Shown here: in pieces, positions 23,692 to 34,063 of the stretch | How positions within the stretch are numbered: the first letter of the stretch is position 1 | Layout of the letters: each line of letters begins with the position of its first letter | Assembly: GCA_963849325.1 (NCBI GenBank) | Contig: CAWKHF010000009.1 | Span: 64,001-128,000 of the forward strand | DNA from: an uncultured Planctomycetota bacterium | GTDB taxonomy: Bacteria; Planctomycetota; Planctomycetia; Gemmatales; Gemmataceae | Direction of reading: 5' to 3' | DNA: 64,000 bases | The notes under the pieces: generated by a model | What the model was told of the DNA's origin: nothing | Seen by the model: only the letters and a program-made list of their open reading frames with translations | Databases searched by the model: none | Translations under genes and position numbers: made by a program

Positions 23692-26333
23692 TCAGCGATG
23701 GCGAAGGCGATACACGTATGTGCTCGTGGTGAATTCGCTTACCTGCTTGCCGGTGCGGTCCAGTTCGACGACCTTGGACGGCCACTGCTGCGGCGTGACC
23801 AGGACGTTGCCGTTGGGCAGACGGGCGGCGGCCGTCGGCTGCATCACGGCGGCGTCGAACACGCTCTTGCCGTCGGCGTCGTACTCGGTCACGCGGTTGA
23901 TCCACTGGGCCGGGACCAGGACGTGGCCGTTGGGCGAGATGTTCACGCCGTTGTGTTGCCAGACCATTTGTACCTGGAAACTCTTCAATTCCTTGCCGGT
24001 GGTGTCCATGCGGACGACGAAGCGCTGGGTGTTGACCAGGATGATGTGGCCGTCGCGCATCCGGCGAGCCATGACCACGTCGTTCTGCGGCCGGTTGATG
24101 GCGAACACTTCGCGGCCGGCGCGGTCCACCTCCACGAGCTTGTTCTGGCCGGTGATGAAGGTGTGGCCGTTGCGAAGGCGCTGGGCGGCCAGCGGCGCCG
24201 TGCCCGGCAGGTGCTTCTGCCACAGGATTTCCCCGCGGCGGTTGCGCTCGGTGACACGCTGTCCATTGTACTCGGCGACCAGGATGCGGTCGGGTCCGAT
24301 CACCTGCACGTCGCGCGGGTTGAGCAGGCCGTTCAACTGCCAGCGCACCTTGCGATCCGGACCCAGCTCGACGACCTGCCCCGTGTTGGCCAGGACCAGC
24401 AGCGTATAGCCGTGATAGCGCTCGGTCGCCGCCGGGGGATAGCGATCGACAAGGCGAACGTGCTCGCCGTGGGCCTTCCACCAGTCGGCCCAGGCATCGC
24501 GGCGTTTCTTGCGGTTGGTGGCGTCGTCGCCGACCGGCAGGTCCGCCGGCGGCCGATCTCCCGCCAGACGGTGCAGGTATTCCTCCGCCGGCTCTGACTG
24601 AGCGGTAGTCAACTCGCCAACCAAGTCGATCAGGGTCGGTACGGCGTCGCGCTCGCGCGAACCGGCCAGGGCCAGGGCCGTCTTGAGGCGTACCGCCGGA
24701 TCGGTGTCGTGCAGCAGTTTGCGGATGACCGGCAAGTGTTCGCGGTCGCCGCTGAGGCACAGGGCCTCGGCCGCCGCCGCACGCCGCACGCCCAGCGCGT
24801 CGGTCAGGGCGCGGACCACGGCCGGGTCGGGCTTGCCGTCCTTGAAGACCACGGCGTTGAGGGCGAGCTGCGCCTCGCCCAGGGTCGGTTCGTCGGCGGC
24901 GTAGGGCAGATAAGCCAGCAGCGTCTCGGCGGCGCCGGCCGGCTTGCGCAAGGCGATCAACCGCAGGGTGATCGGCGACAAGGGCAGGGACTTGTCGCGT
25001 TCCATCTCGTTCAGACAGGCACGGGCACGGCTGCGCACCTCCAGGTCGTTGTCGCGGACGGCCTGGCGCAGCAGCGGCACGATCGCGGCGCCCATGGTCT
25101 TGATCTCGGCTTGCGCCTTCTCGCGGACGGCGAACTCGCCATCGCCCAGCCGGCGAATGAGGTCTTCGCACTTCTGCCGCACGGGTTCCGTCACCGTGCG
25201 TTTGCGTAACTCGTCGAGCAGGCGTTCGGCGTTGTCGCTGCTTTGCCACCAGGCGGCCCAGGCATCGCGGCACTTCTTCCGCGCCGCGTCGTCGGCGCCC
25301 AGCGCTACCTTCGGAGCCTGCTCGCCGGCCAGTTCGGCCAGGAAGTCCTCGGCCTGGCGAGCGTGATCGAGTGGCAATTCGCTCAGTAGAGTGATGAGCG
25401 TGGGCACGGCGCGGGCATCGGGGCGCGGGCCAGGGCCAGGGCCGCTCGCAGCCGAACCGACGGCTTGGCGTCTTGCAGCAGCTTGTGCAGCGGCACTTGT
25501 TCCAGCAGCGAGGCGTTGATGCCGTTGTGGCAGAGCGTATCGATGGCCAGGGCGCGGCGGATCGGCGTCTCATCGGACAGCGCTTGCAACAGGGCGGGGT
25601 CGGGTTTGCCGTCCGCGTAGGCCGCGGCCAGGAGAGCGAGACGAATCTCTTCGACCACGCCCTCGTCCTCGGCGGCGGGCAGGAAGGCCAGCAACGCCGC
25701 GGCAGTTCCAGGCGGTCGGCGCTGACCGAGCAGGCGGGTCGCCGCCGCCGACAGCCGGCCGGGATGCTCCTCCAATGCTTGCAAGCAGCGCCGCGCCCGC
25801 TGCATGATCTGCTGCCGGTCGGGATCTTTGACAGCCTGACGCAGCATAGGAATGGCCGGCGCTCCGATCGCCGCCAGTTCGCCGGACGCCTTCTGTGCCA
25901 CCGTCGGCGACTTATCGCCCAGTTGCTCGATGAGGGCGGCCAGGCGATCTGGTTTCGCCTCGCCCCGGCCGCGCAGGTGGAGGAATGTCAGCAAGCCGGG
26001 TCCGTCCGTGGACACGCCCACGGAACGCAGCAGCGCCTCGTCCCGGCCCGCGTCTTGCGGCTCCGTCTTCGGCACGGCTGTCGTGCTGGCGGAACGCGCT
26101 TGGGCCATCGCCGCCATCTCCCTCTGCTTCTTTATCTCCATCAGCTCGATCTGCCGCTTTATCCGGTCCAACTCGATCGCTTTCGCCTTTTCGTCTCTTG
26201 CTTTCGCCTCTTCCGCTTTCTCCTCTCGCGCTTTCCTCTCCTGGACCTGCTTTTCTCGTTCCTGCGCCGACGCGGAGAGAACGCTCCCAAGGAGACACGC
26301 GAGGGTCAGCGAAGTCCAAACCGTGCGGTACAT
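23692..26333 (-). CDS. Exported double HEAT-module + beta-propeller protein, paralog 3 (frameshift near 25423)
   Basis: MYRTVWTS signal peptide, charged coil, two HEAT modules each ending W..WW, then a propeller. Confidence 0.8.
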
Positions 26334-26352
26334 GGCTCGATCCACCAAGAGG

Positions 26353-28794
26353 TTAACGCCGGTGCATCCGGTAAGGGCGATATCCCAGGTCTTTCTTCTC
26401 CGAGATGACCTTGCCGTTGCGGTCCAGCTCCACCAGGACGGTGTTGTTGTTGCTGGAGACGAGGGTACGGCCGTTGGACAGGCGATGCGGAAAGCCGGGA
26501 GAGAAGACGGTGGCTTCCCAGACGAGCTTGCCGCCGTCGGCGTACTCGGCCACCTTGCCGATGCCCAGCGATACCACCAGCCGATCGCCGGGCAGCACCT
26601 CGGCGCCGATGACACCGTTCTGCCACTGGAACGGCACCTGAAACGTCTTCACCTGCTTGCCGGTCGCGTCCAGGCGGACGTACTGGCCCTGGTAGGTCAG
26701 GAAAGCCATCTGGCCATCGGGAAACTTGCGGCCGCCGACGATGTGGCCGGGGAAGGTATGGTTGAACACTTCTTTGCCGGCCGCGTCGAACTCGTAAAGT
26801 TGATTGCGGCCCAGGACGAAAATGTGTCCGTTGCGCAGCCGCTGGCAGGAGAACGGGTTGTTCAGCACCTTCGTCCACAGCACCTTACCCTGCCGATCGC
26901 GCTCGGTCACGCGGTTCTGCTGCTCGACGATGAGAAGGTGGCCGTTGGGCAAGACCTGGGCGTCCCACGGCCAGGCGAGACCATCGACGTGCCAGCGGAC
27001 CTTGCCGGCTGGGTTCAGTTCCAGCACGCGGCCCTGGCCGGTTGGGCCTTGCTGTTCGATGACGAGCAGCAGCCCGCGCTCGCGGTTGCCGCTCATCAGG
27101 CGGGCGAGGTCGATGGTCTTCTTCTCTTTGCTCCACCAGGTCTTCCACGCCGCGACGGCGGCGGCGCGGCTGGCCGCGTCATTGCCGACGCGCTCGCCGG
27201 GGGCCTTGTCGCCGGCCAGGTGGATCAGCAAATCCTCGACCTCCCAGACCTGTTCGAGTGGCAGATCTTTCAGCAAGGCGATGAGGACGGGCAGGGCGCT
27301 GTTGTCGCCGTGTTCGGCGAGGGCGACGGCGGTCCTCATGCGGACGGAGGGGTCAGGGTCGCGCAGCAGCTTGCGCACGGCGGGCAGCTCCTCGTCGGCT
27401 CTGCCTTTGCACAGGGCGACGGCGGCGGCGGCGCGGCGCATGCCGACCTTGTCGTCGAGGGCGCGGACCAGCATCGGGTCCGCCTTGCCGTCCGTGCAAC
27501 CGACGACCGCGAGCAACTCGGTGAGCTGGGCGGCGGCGCCCTCGCTCTCGGCGAAGGGTAGATACCCCAGTAGGACTTGCAGGGTGCCCTCCGGCCGGCG
27601 CAGGGCGAGCAGGCGCGGCGCGGCCTCGGCCAGCGGTCGGGGCGCGTTGCGCTCAATGGCCGTGAGACATTCACGGGCCGGTCCCGTCCGGCGTGAATCC
27701 GCCTGACCGACGACCTGCCGCAACAGCGACGTCGCCCGCGGTCCCAGGCCGATGATCTCCTCGGACGCCCGGGCGCGGATCTCCGGCGAAGTGTCGTCGA
27801 GCTTGCCGATCAGCTCCAGGATGTGTGTTCGCTCGTCGTCGCCGAGCGTCCGGCCGCGAAATTCTTCCAGCAGATGTTGGCCGTCCAGGCTGCGCCACCA
27901 GGCGGACCACAGTTCGCGGCGGAGACGGCCCGACAGGGCATCGTTGCCCTGAGGTGTCTTGACCGCCCATTCGCCGGCCAGGTCGCTGAGGTAGGCTTCC
28001 ACCTGCCGGCGCTCCTCCGGCGGCAAATCGCCGACGAGGTCGATGAGCACGGGTACGGACTCGGCATCGTGCATCTCGGCCAGACCCAGCGCCGCTTGCA
28101 TACGGACAGTGGCTCGGGGGTCTTTGAGCAGAGGCCGAACCGCCGCGCGTCCGCCGGCGCCGCCGACGCGGCACAGCACGCGGGCGGCGATGCTGCGCCG
28201 CACCGGCACCGGATCGGTCAGCGCCCGCGTCAGGGCCGATTCCGCTTGACCCTGGCGAACGCCGACGTTGAGCAAGGCCATCTCGATTTCGCGCATCACC
28301 GACTCGTCGTCGGCGAACGGTAGGTAGTGGAGCAGCGCCTCGGTCGTACCGGCGGGGTTGTGGGCGGCCAGCGCGCGCACGGCGGCTTGCACCAGGTTCG
28401 CTCCGTTGTGGCCCTCGATGGACTCCAGGCATTGTCGGGCACGGGCGGCCGTCGGCTCGTCATCGACGTGGTTGATCGCTCGCCGTAGCGCGGGCAGGGC
28501 CAGCGGGCCGAGGCCGACCAGTTCGGCGGCGGTCTTGTCGTGGACGGCGGGCGTCTTGTCGGCCAGCTGTCGGGTCAGCTCGGCCAGACGTTCGCGGTCC
28601 ACGCCGGAGGACGCTCGGCGTCGGAAGAAATCGAGCAGACCCCGCCCGGTAGCGTCTAGGTGGGCGTTCTTGAAGAGTTGTTCGTCGCTGAGGGAGGTCA
28701 CGGCCGGGGCGGGGGCCGGCTGGACCGGCTTGAAGATCACCTTCTGCGCAGGCAGCTGAGCGGCGAACAGCAAGGCCAGCGGGGCCAGGGTCAT
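26353..28794 (-). CDS. Exported double HEAT-module + beta-propeller protein, paralog 4
   Basis: Intact ORF; GLLDFFR, LLHYLPFADDE, WSAWW, second module, WKTWW, QRLRNG blades. Confidence 0.85.
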   Translation of the reverse strand: MTLAPLALLFAAQLPAQKVIFKPVQPAPAPAVTSLSDEQLFKNAHLDATGRGLLDFFRRRASSGVDRERLAELTRQLADKTPAVHDKTAAELVGLGPLALPALRRAINHVDDEPTAARARQCLESIEGHNGANLVQAAVRALAAHNPAGTTEALLHYLPFADDESVMREIEMALLNVGVRQGQAESALTRALTDPVPVRRSIAARVLCRVGGAGGRAAVRPLLKDPRATVRMQAALGLAEMHDAESVPVLIDLVGDLPPEERRQVEAYLSDLAGEWAVKTPQGNDALSGRLRRELWSAWWRSLDGQHLLEEFRGRTLGDDERTHILELIGKLDDTSPEIRARASEEIIGLGPRATSLLRQVVGQADSRRTGPARECLTAIERNAPRPLAEAAPRLLALRRPEGTLQVLLGYLPFAESEGAAAQLTELLAVVGCTDGKADPMLVRALDDKVGMRRAAAAVALCKGRADEELPAVRKLLRDPDPSVRMRTAVALAEHGDNSALPVLIALLKDLPLEQVWEVEDLLIHLAGDKAPGERVGNDAASRAAAVAAWKTWWSKEKKTIDLARLMSGNRERGLLLVIEQQGPTGQGRVLELNPAGKVRWHVDGLAWPWDAQVLPNGHLLIVEQQNRVTERDRQGKVLWTKVLNNPFSCQRLRNGHIFVLGRNQLYEFDAAGKEVFNHTFPGHIVGGRKFPDGQMAFLTYQGQYVRLDATGKQVKTFQVPFQWQNGVIGAEVLPGDRLVVSLGIGKVAEYADGGKLVWEATVFSPGFPHRLSNGRTLVSSNNNTVLVELDRNGKVISEKKDLGYRPYRMHRR

Positions 28795-28903
28795 GGGTGC
28801 ATACTCCGCGTGCCAGGGGGCGCGGCCAGCGTTGGCGCGGCGTCCGGGACGATCATCCTCAGTATGATAGACGATCAACCCGCCTGGCGGGAGCAGAAAA
28901 AGA

Positions 28904-28996
28904 AGTTCTGAGTTCTGAGTTCTGAGTTCTGAGTGAAGAACGCTGGATGCTGCGTTCTTCACTCAGAACTCAGAACTCAGAACTCAGAACTCAGAA
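28904..28996. repeat. Inverted heptamer tandem repeat (GAGTTCT)n/(AGAACTC)n, copy 2
   Basis: AGTTCTG x4 + AGTGAAGAACGC, loop, GCGTTCTTCACT + CAGAACT x4-5; one long hairpin. Confidence 0.92.
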
Positions 28997-29000
28997 ATGT

Positions 29001-29969
29001 TCACGGCAGCAAGACCTTGACCCGCCCCTGGGTTTGGGCGTCCTGGCGCAACTGCTGAAGGACCGTCTGCTGCATCTCCTCGATGCACAGCTGGCGAACT
29101 TCTTCCTTGATCTTGGCGAAGTCGGACGGCTGGCCGGCCTTGCGGTCGGTGAGCAGCAGAAGATGCACGCCCATCTCCGTATCGATCGGGTCGCTCATCT
29201 GCATGCGCTGCAGGGCGAAGGCGGTTCGCAGGATGTTCTCGGGCAAGATGCCCTTGACGTGCGGGAACCAGTCGAGGTCGCCGCCCTCGTTCTTCGTCGG
29301 TCCCTGCGAGAACTGCCGGGCCGCCTCGGCGAAGTCCTTCGACAGCTCCTTGCTTTGTTCCAGCCGGGCACGCAGCTCCATCAATTGCGTCTTCGCCCGC
29401 GCCCTCTCGGCATCGCCGCCCTGTGGCGCGATGCGCAGCATGATCTCGCTAACGCGCACGAGGACTTTGTCGAACATGTCCTTGTGTTCCTGGTAATACT
29501 TCTCGATGTCCGGATCGCTGATGCGCTGGCGGGCGTAGGCGTTCCACTGGAGCGTGGCCAGGGCGTTCGCCTTGACTTGCTCCTCCGTCTGGTTCATGTC
29601 GCGGCAAAAGTCGGCCAGCGTCTTGTTCTGCATCTTGAGTCCGGCCGCCAGGTCGTGCAGGTGGGCTTGAAGTTCCTTGGGATCGATCACCGGCGCGTTC
29701 TGCTTGAGGAACTGTCGCAGCAGCGCCTCGTTGATGAGCGCGTCCAGGGCGAAGCGCTGTTGCTGTTTGCGCACCGCTTCGGGCACGGCCACCGGCATGG
29801 GGCCGGCCTGCTTGAGCATGGCTTCCAGCTCGGCCATCGGGATGGCTTCGCCGTTGACGATGGCCGCCGGCTGGCCGCTACCCGGCGCCTGTCCCCACGC
29901 GCCCCCCGCGGCGCAGAGGAGCACCAGCGCGCCCGACACCCCCGCGACTATCCACTTTCGCCCTCTCAT
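29001..29969 (-). CDS. Exported peptidyl-prolyl cis-trans isomerase (SurA/PrsA-like, parvulin domain)
   Basis: Signal peptide; AIVNGEAI; FAEAARQFSQGP..EGGDLDWF; MSDPIDTEMGVHLL. Confidence 0.88.
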   Translation of the reverse strand: MRGRKWIVAGVSGALVLLCAAGGAWGQAPGSGQPAAIVNGEAIPMAELEAMLKQAGPMPVAVPEAVRKQQQRFALDALINEALLRQFLKQNAPVIDPKELQAHLHDLAAGLKMQNKTLADFCRDMNQTEEQVKANALATLQWNAYARQRISDPDIEKYYQEHKDMFDKVLVRVSEIMLRIAPQGGDAERARAKTQLMELRARLEQSKELSKDFAEAARQFSQGPTKNEGGDLDWFPHVKGILPENILRTAFALQRMQMSDPIDTEMGVHLLLLTDRKAGQPSDFAKIKEEVRQLCIEEMQQTVLQQLRQDAQTQGRVKVLLP

Positions 29970-30138
29970 CCGTACCTCCTGTTTGGCCGAGTTCGGCCGT
30001 CGAGAATGAAATCTTTGGCGGCGACTTATAGCGATCCTCCTCCCGGGAGGCGAGAGCAGTTTTTTTCTTTCTCCGCCGTCAAACGGCGTTACCATGAGGG
30101 GACGGCAGAAGGGTTCCGTTTTCTGGAGGGACTGACAC

Positions 30139-31449
30139 ATGGACCGGGGCCATTTATCGCGGCGGGGATTCATGCAGCGTTCGCTGACGGCGATGGCCGC
30201 GGCGGGACTGCCGATGTGGTACGCGCGGGAGACCTTCGCCGCCGAGGAGGAGAAAGAGGCGGCGGCGAAGAAAAAGGTGACGGCCAACGACCGCATCGTA
30301 ATGGGCGCCATCGGCTGCGGCGGCCGGGGACGCGCCATTCTCAACGACGCCCGCCGCCAAAAGGGCGTCGAGGTTGTCGCCGTCTGCGATGTCGATGCCA
30401 GGCACCGCAAGGACACCGCTCAGCAGGTCGGCAAAGATTGCAAGGACTACGAGGACTTTCGCCAACTGCTCGACCGTGAGGACATCAACGCCGTCACCAT
30501 CGGCACTCCCGACCACTGGCACACGCTCATCGCCCTCTACGCTCTGCGCAAGGGCAAGGACGTCTACTGCGAGAAGCCGTTGACCCTGACCATCCAGGAG
30601 GGCCAGGTGCTGGTTGAAGTGGCGAAGCAAACGGGACGTATCTTCCAGGTCGGTACGCAGCAGCGCTCCAACGCCACGTTCCGGTTGGCCTGCGAACTAG
30701 TGCGCAACGGCCGGCTCGGCAAGCTCCGCCGCGTCGAGACGCTGATCGGCGCCAACCCTCGCGGCGGTCCATTCAAGGAAGAGGAGCCGCCCGGGGAGTT
30801 GAACTGGGATTTCTGGCAGGGACAAACCGGCCCGGTACACTACGTCAAGCAGCGCTGTCATCACGACTTCCGCTGGTGGTACGAATACTCCGGCGGCAAA
30901 ATGACCGATTGGGGCGCTCATCACAACGACATCGCCCAGTGGGCCTTGGGCATGGACGGCAGTGGGCCGGTCGCGGTCGAGGCCATCGGCGAACCGCCGC
31001 CGACCGACGGCAAGAGCTACAACTGCCATCCGAATTTCACCATTTTCTACCAGTACGCCAAGGACGTGCAGCTGGTCTGCTCCTGCCTGGAGAACGGCGT
31101 GCGCTTTCGCGGCGATCCGGGCAAGACCTTGTTCGTCAGCCGCAACAAGGCCGAGTTCAAGGCCAGCGATCCGAAGATCATCGCGGAGCCGCTCGGCAAG
31201 GACGCGGTGCGCCTCTATGCGTCCAGCAACCACATGGGCAACTTCATCGAGTGCGTGCGCAGCCGTAAACCCCCCGTCTGTCCGGCGGAGGTCGGCCATC
31301 GCTCGGTGAGCGTCTGCCACCTCGGCGTCATCGCCCTGCGCACCGGCAAACGTCTCAAGTGGGATCCGGCCAAGGAACGCTTCGACGACGACGAGGCCAA
31401 CAAGATGCTGAGCCGGCCCCTGCGTGCGCCGTGGAAACTGGAAGCGTAG
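30139..31449 (+). CDS. Gfo/Idh/MocA oxidoreductase with Tat signal
   Basis: SRRGFM twin-arginine motif; [20 protein letters not shown]. Confidence 0.92.
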   Translation: MDRGHLSRRGFMQRSLTAMAAAGLPMWYARETFAAEEEKEAAAKKKVTANDRIVMGAIGCGGRGRAILNDARRQKGVEVVAVCDVDARHRKDTAQQVGKDCKDYEDFRQLLDREDINAVTIGTPDHWHTLIALYALRKGKDVYCEKPLTLTIQEGQVLVEVAKQTGRIFQVGTQQRSNATFRLACELVRNGRLGKLRRVETLIGANPRGGPFKEEEPPGELNWDFWQGQTGPVHYVKQRCHHDFRWWYEYSGGKMTDWGAHHNDIAQWALGMDGSGPVAVEAIGEPPPTDGKSYNCHPNFTIFYQYAKDVQLVCSCLENGVRFRGDPGKTLFVSRNKAEFKASDPKIIAEPLGKDAVRLYASSNHMGNFIECVRSRKPPVCPAEVGHRSVSVCHLGVIALRTGKRLKWDPAKERFDDDEANKMLSRPLRAPWKLEA

Positions 31450-31493
31450 AATGCGAAGTCCGCTTGCGGCCTGGCGCTGAGGTCGAGACGGCG

Positions 31494-32030
31494 ATGAACA
31501 CCCGGCGAGCCGTGTGGACCGACCTGAGCGATGCGCAGCTGCTGGCGCAGTGCGCGGTGGACACTTACCGCGCCAGCGGTCCCGGTGGGCAGAAGCGCAA
31601 CAAGACCAGCTCGGCGGTGCGGCTGCGCCATCCGCCCAGCGGTCTGCTCGTCATCGCCGAGGAGAGCCGTTCGCAGCACGAAAACCGGGCCCGCGCCCTC
31701 CGCCGTCTGCGTCAGGCGCGATATCTTAAAGTGCGGGATGAACTGCCGCCGGAGACGCGGACGCCGGTGAGCCTGGCGGCGCGGCCGGACTTCGGCCCGG
31801 CCCGCGACGGCGACGGCCGACTGCACCTGGGACGCAAGGATCCGCGCTTCTGGCCCGCCGTCGGCGTCGTCCTCGACGTGCTGCTGGCCGTCGCCGCCCG
31901 CGTCGGCGAGGCCGCCGAGGTACTGGGCACCTCGACCGGCAACCTGATCGACTTCCTGCATCGCGACGACAAGGTATGGGAGCAGGCCAATCAGTTGCGT
32001 GTACGCTTTGGTCACAAACCGCTGCATTGA
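31494..32030 (+). CDS. Peptide chain release factor-like protein (RF-1 domain, GGQ)
   Basis: [22 protein letters not shown]...[11 protein letters not shown]. Confidence 0.85.
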   Translation: MNTRRAVWTDLSDAQLLAQCAVDTYRASGPGGQKRNKTSSAVRLRHPPSGLLVIAEESRSQHENRARALRRLRQARYLKVRDELPPETRTPVSLAARPDFGPARDGDGRLHLGRKDPRFWPAVGVVLDVLLAVAARVGEAAEVLGTSTGNLIDFLHRDDKVWEQANQLRVRFGHKPLH

Positions 32031-32083
32031 TCGCTCCACAGCAAGGATCGCATGTCATGAACCCTTCTCAGGATCCGTCTGTG

Positions 32084-32551
32084 ATGGCCACACCCTCCGG
32101 TTTCTCCTGGATCGAAAAACCGCTGTTGGCGGCCATGGCGCGGCCAACGGGTCCGGAGGATCTGGCCTGGCTGCGTGAGCACGGTATCGAGGTGTTGCTG
32201 TCGCTGACCGAGGACCGGCCGCGCCGCGACTGGGTCGAGGACGCCAACCTGCTGGTCTATCACGAGCCGCTGGAGGACATGGAGCCGCCGGCGCAGGACC
32301 AACTCGATCGCTGTGTGTCGGCGATCGTGCGCGCGAACGAGCGCAAGATGGGCGTGGCCGTCCACTGCGGCGCCGGCCTGGGCCGCACCGGCGTCGTCCT
32401 CGCCGCCTATTTCGTCGCTCGCGGCCTCAGCGCCGGCAACGCCATCGCGCGCATTCGCCGGCTCCGTCCCGGTTCGGTCGAGACCGACGAGCAGGCCGCC
32501 GCCGTCGAGTTGTTCGCCCGCCGGAAGCGCCAGCCGACGGAGGAGAGTTAA
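32084..32551 (+). CDS. Dual-specificity protein phosphatase
   Basis: VHCGAGLGRTG active-site loop; RPGSVET.EQ. Confidence 0.9.
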   Translation: MATPSGFSWIEKPLLAAMARPTGPEDLAWLREHGIEVLLSLTEDRPRRDWVEDANLLVYHEPLEDMEPPAQDQLDRCVSAIVRANERKMGVAVHCGAGLGRTGVVLAAYFVARGLSAGNAIARIRRLRPGSVETDEQAAAVELFARRKRQPTEES

Positions 32552-32555
32552 AAGA

Positions 32556-32739
32556 GCCGCTTGCGGCTTCGTGTCTGTCCGGTAAGCCCCTCTCCCCCGG
32601 TACTCCGGGGGAGAGGGGTTGGGGTGAGGGGGTGCGGTTTCCCAGGGTTTGCCGCCCCCTCACCCCCAACCCCTCTCCCCCGGAGTACCGGGGGAGAGGG
32701 GCTTACCGGACAGACGCTAAGCGCTAAGCCGCAAGCGGC
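32556..32739. repeat. Composite nested palindromic element
   Basis: Outer GCCGCTTGCGGCTT/AAGCCGCAAGCGGC; GTCTGTCCGGTAAGCCCCTCTCCCCCGGTACTCCGGGGGAGAGGGGTTGGGGTGAGGGG and its inverted copy. Confidence 0.9.
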
Positions 32740-32754
32740 CTGGGAGAAAGCACC

Positions 32755-34023
<1,269 letters not shown>

Positions 34024-34029
<6 letters not shown>

Positions 34030-34063
34030 CCGCGACGCGCAGCGGAGCGCGTCGCGGCTAAAC
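34024..34063. repeat. REP-like palindrome family A, collapsed copy 2
   Basis: GTTTAGCCGCGACGCGC-AGCGGA-GCGCGTCGCGGCTAAAC between convergent genes. Confidence 0.88.

Noticed and set aside
28795..28962. N-terminal extensions such as HSELRTQNSEL (also 23600-23653) and FRVFRVFRG-type peptides
   Set aside because: They are translations of intergenic repeats; better starts with signal peptides lie downstream
28904..28996. Short repeats as a possible CRISPR array
   Set aside because: These are 7- or 9-bp tandem units in inverted orientation, with no 25-40-bp repeat/spacer series and no cas genes
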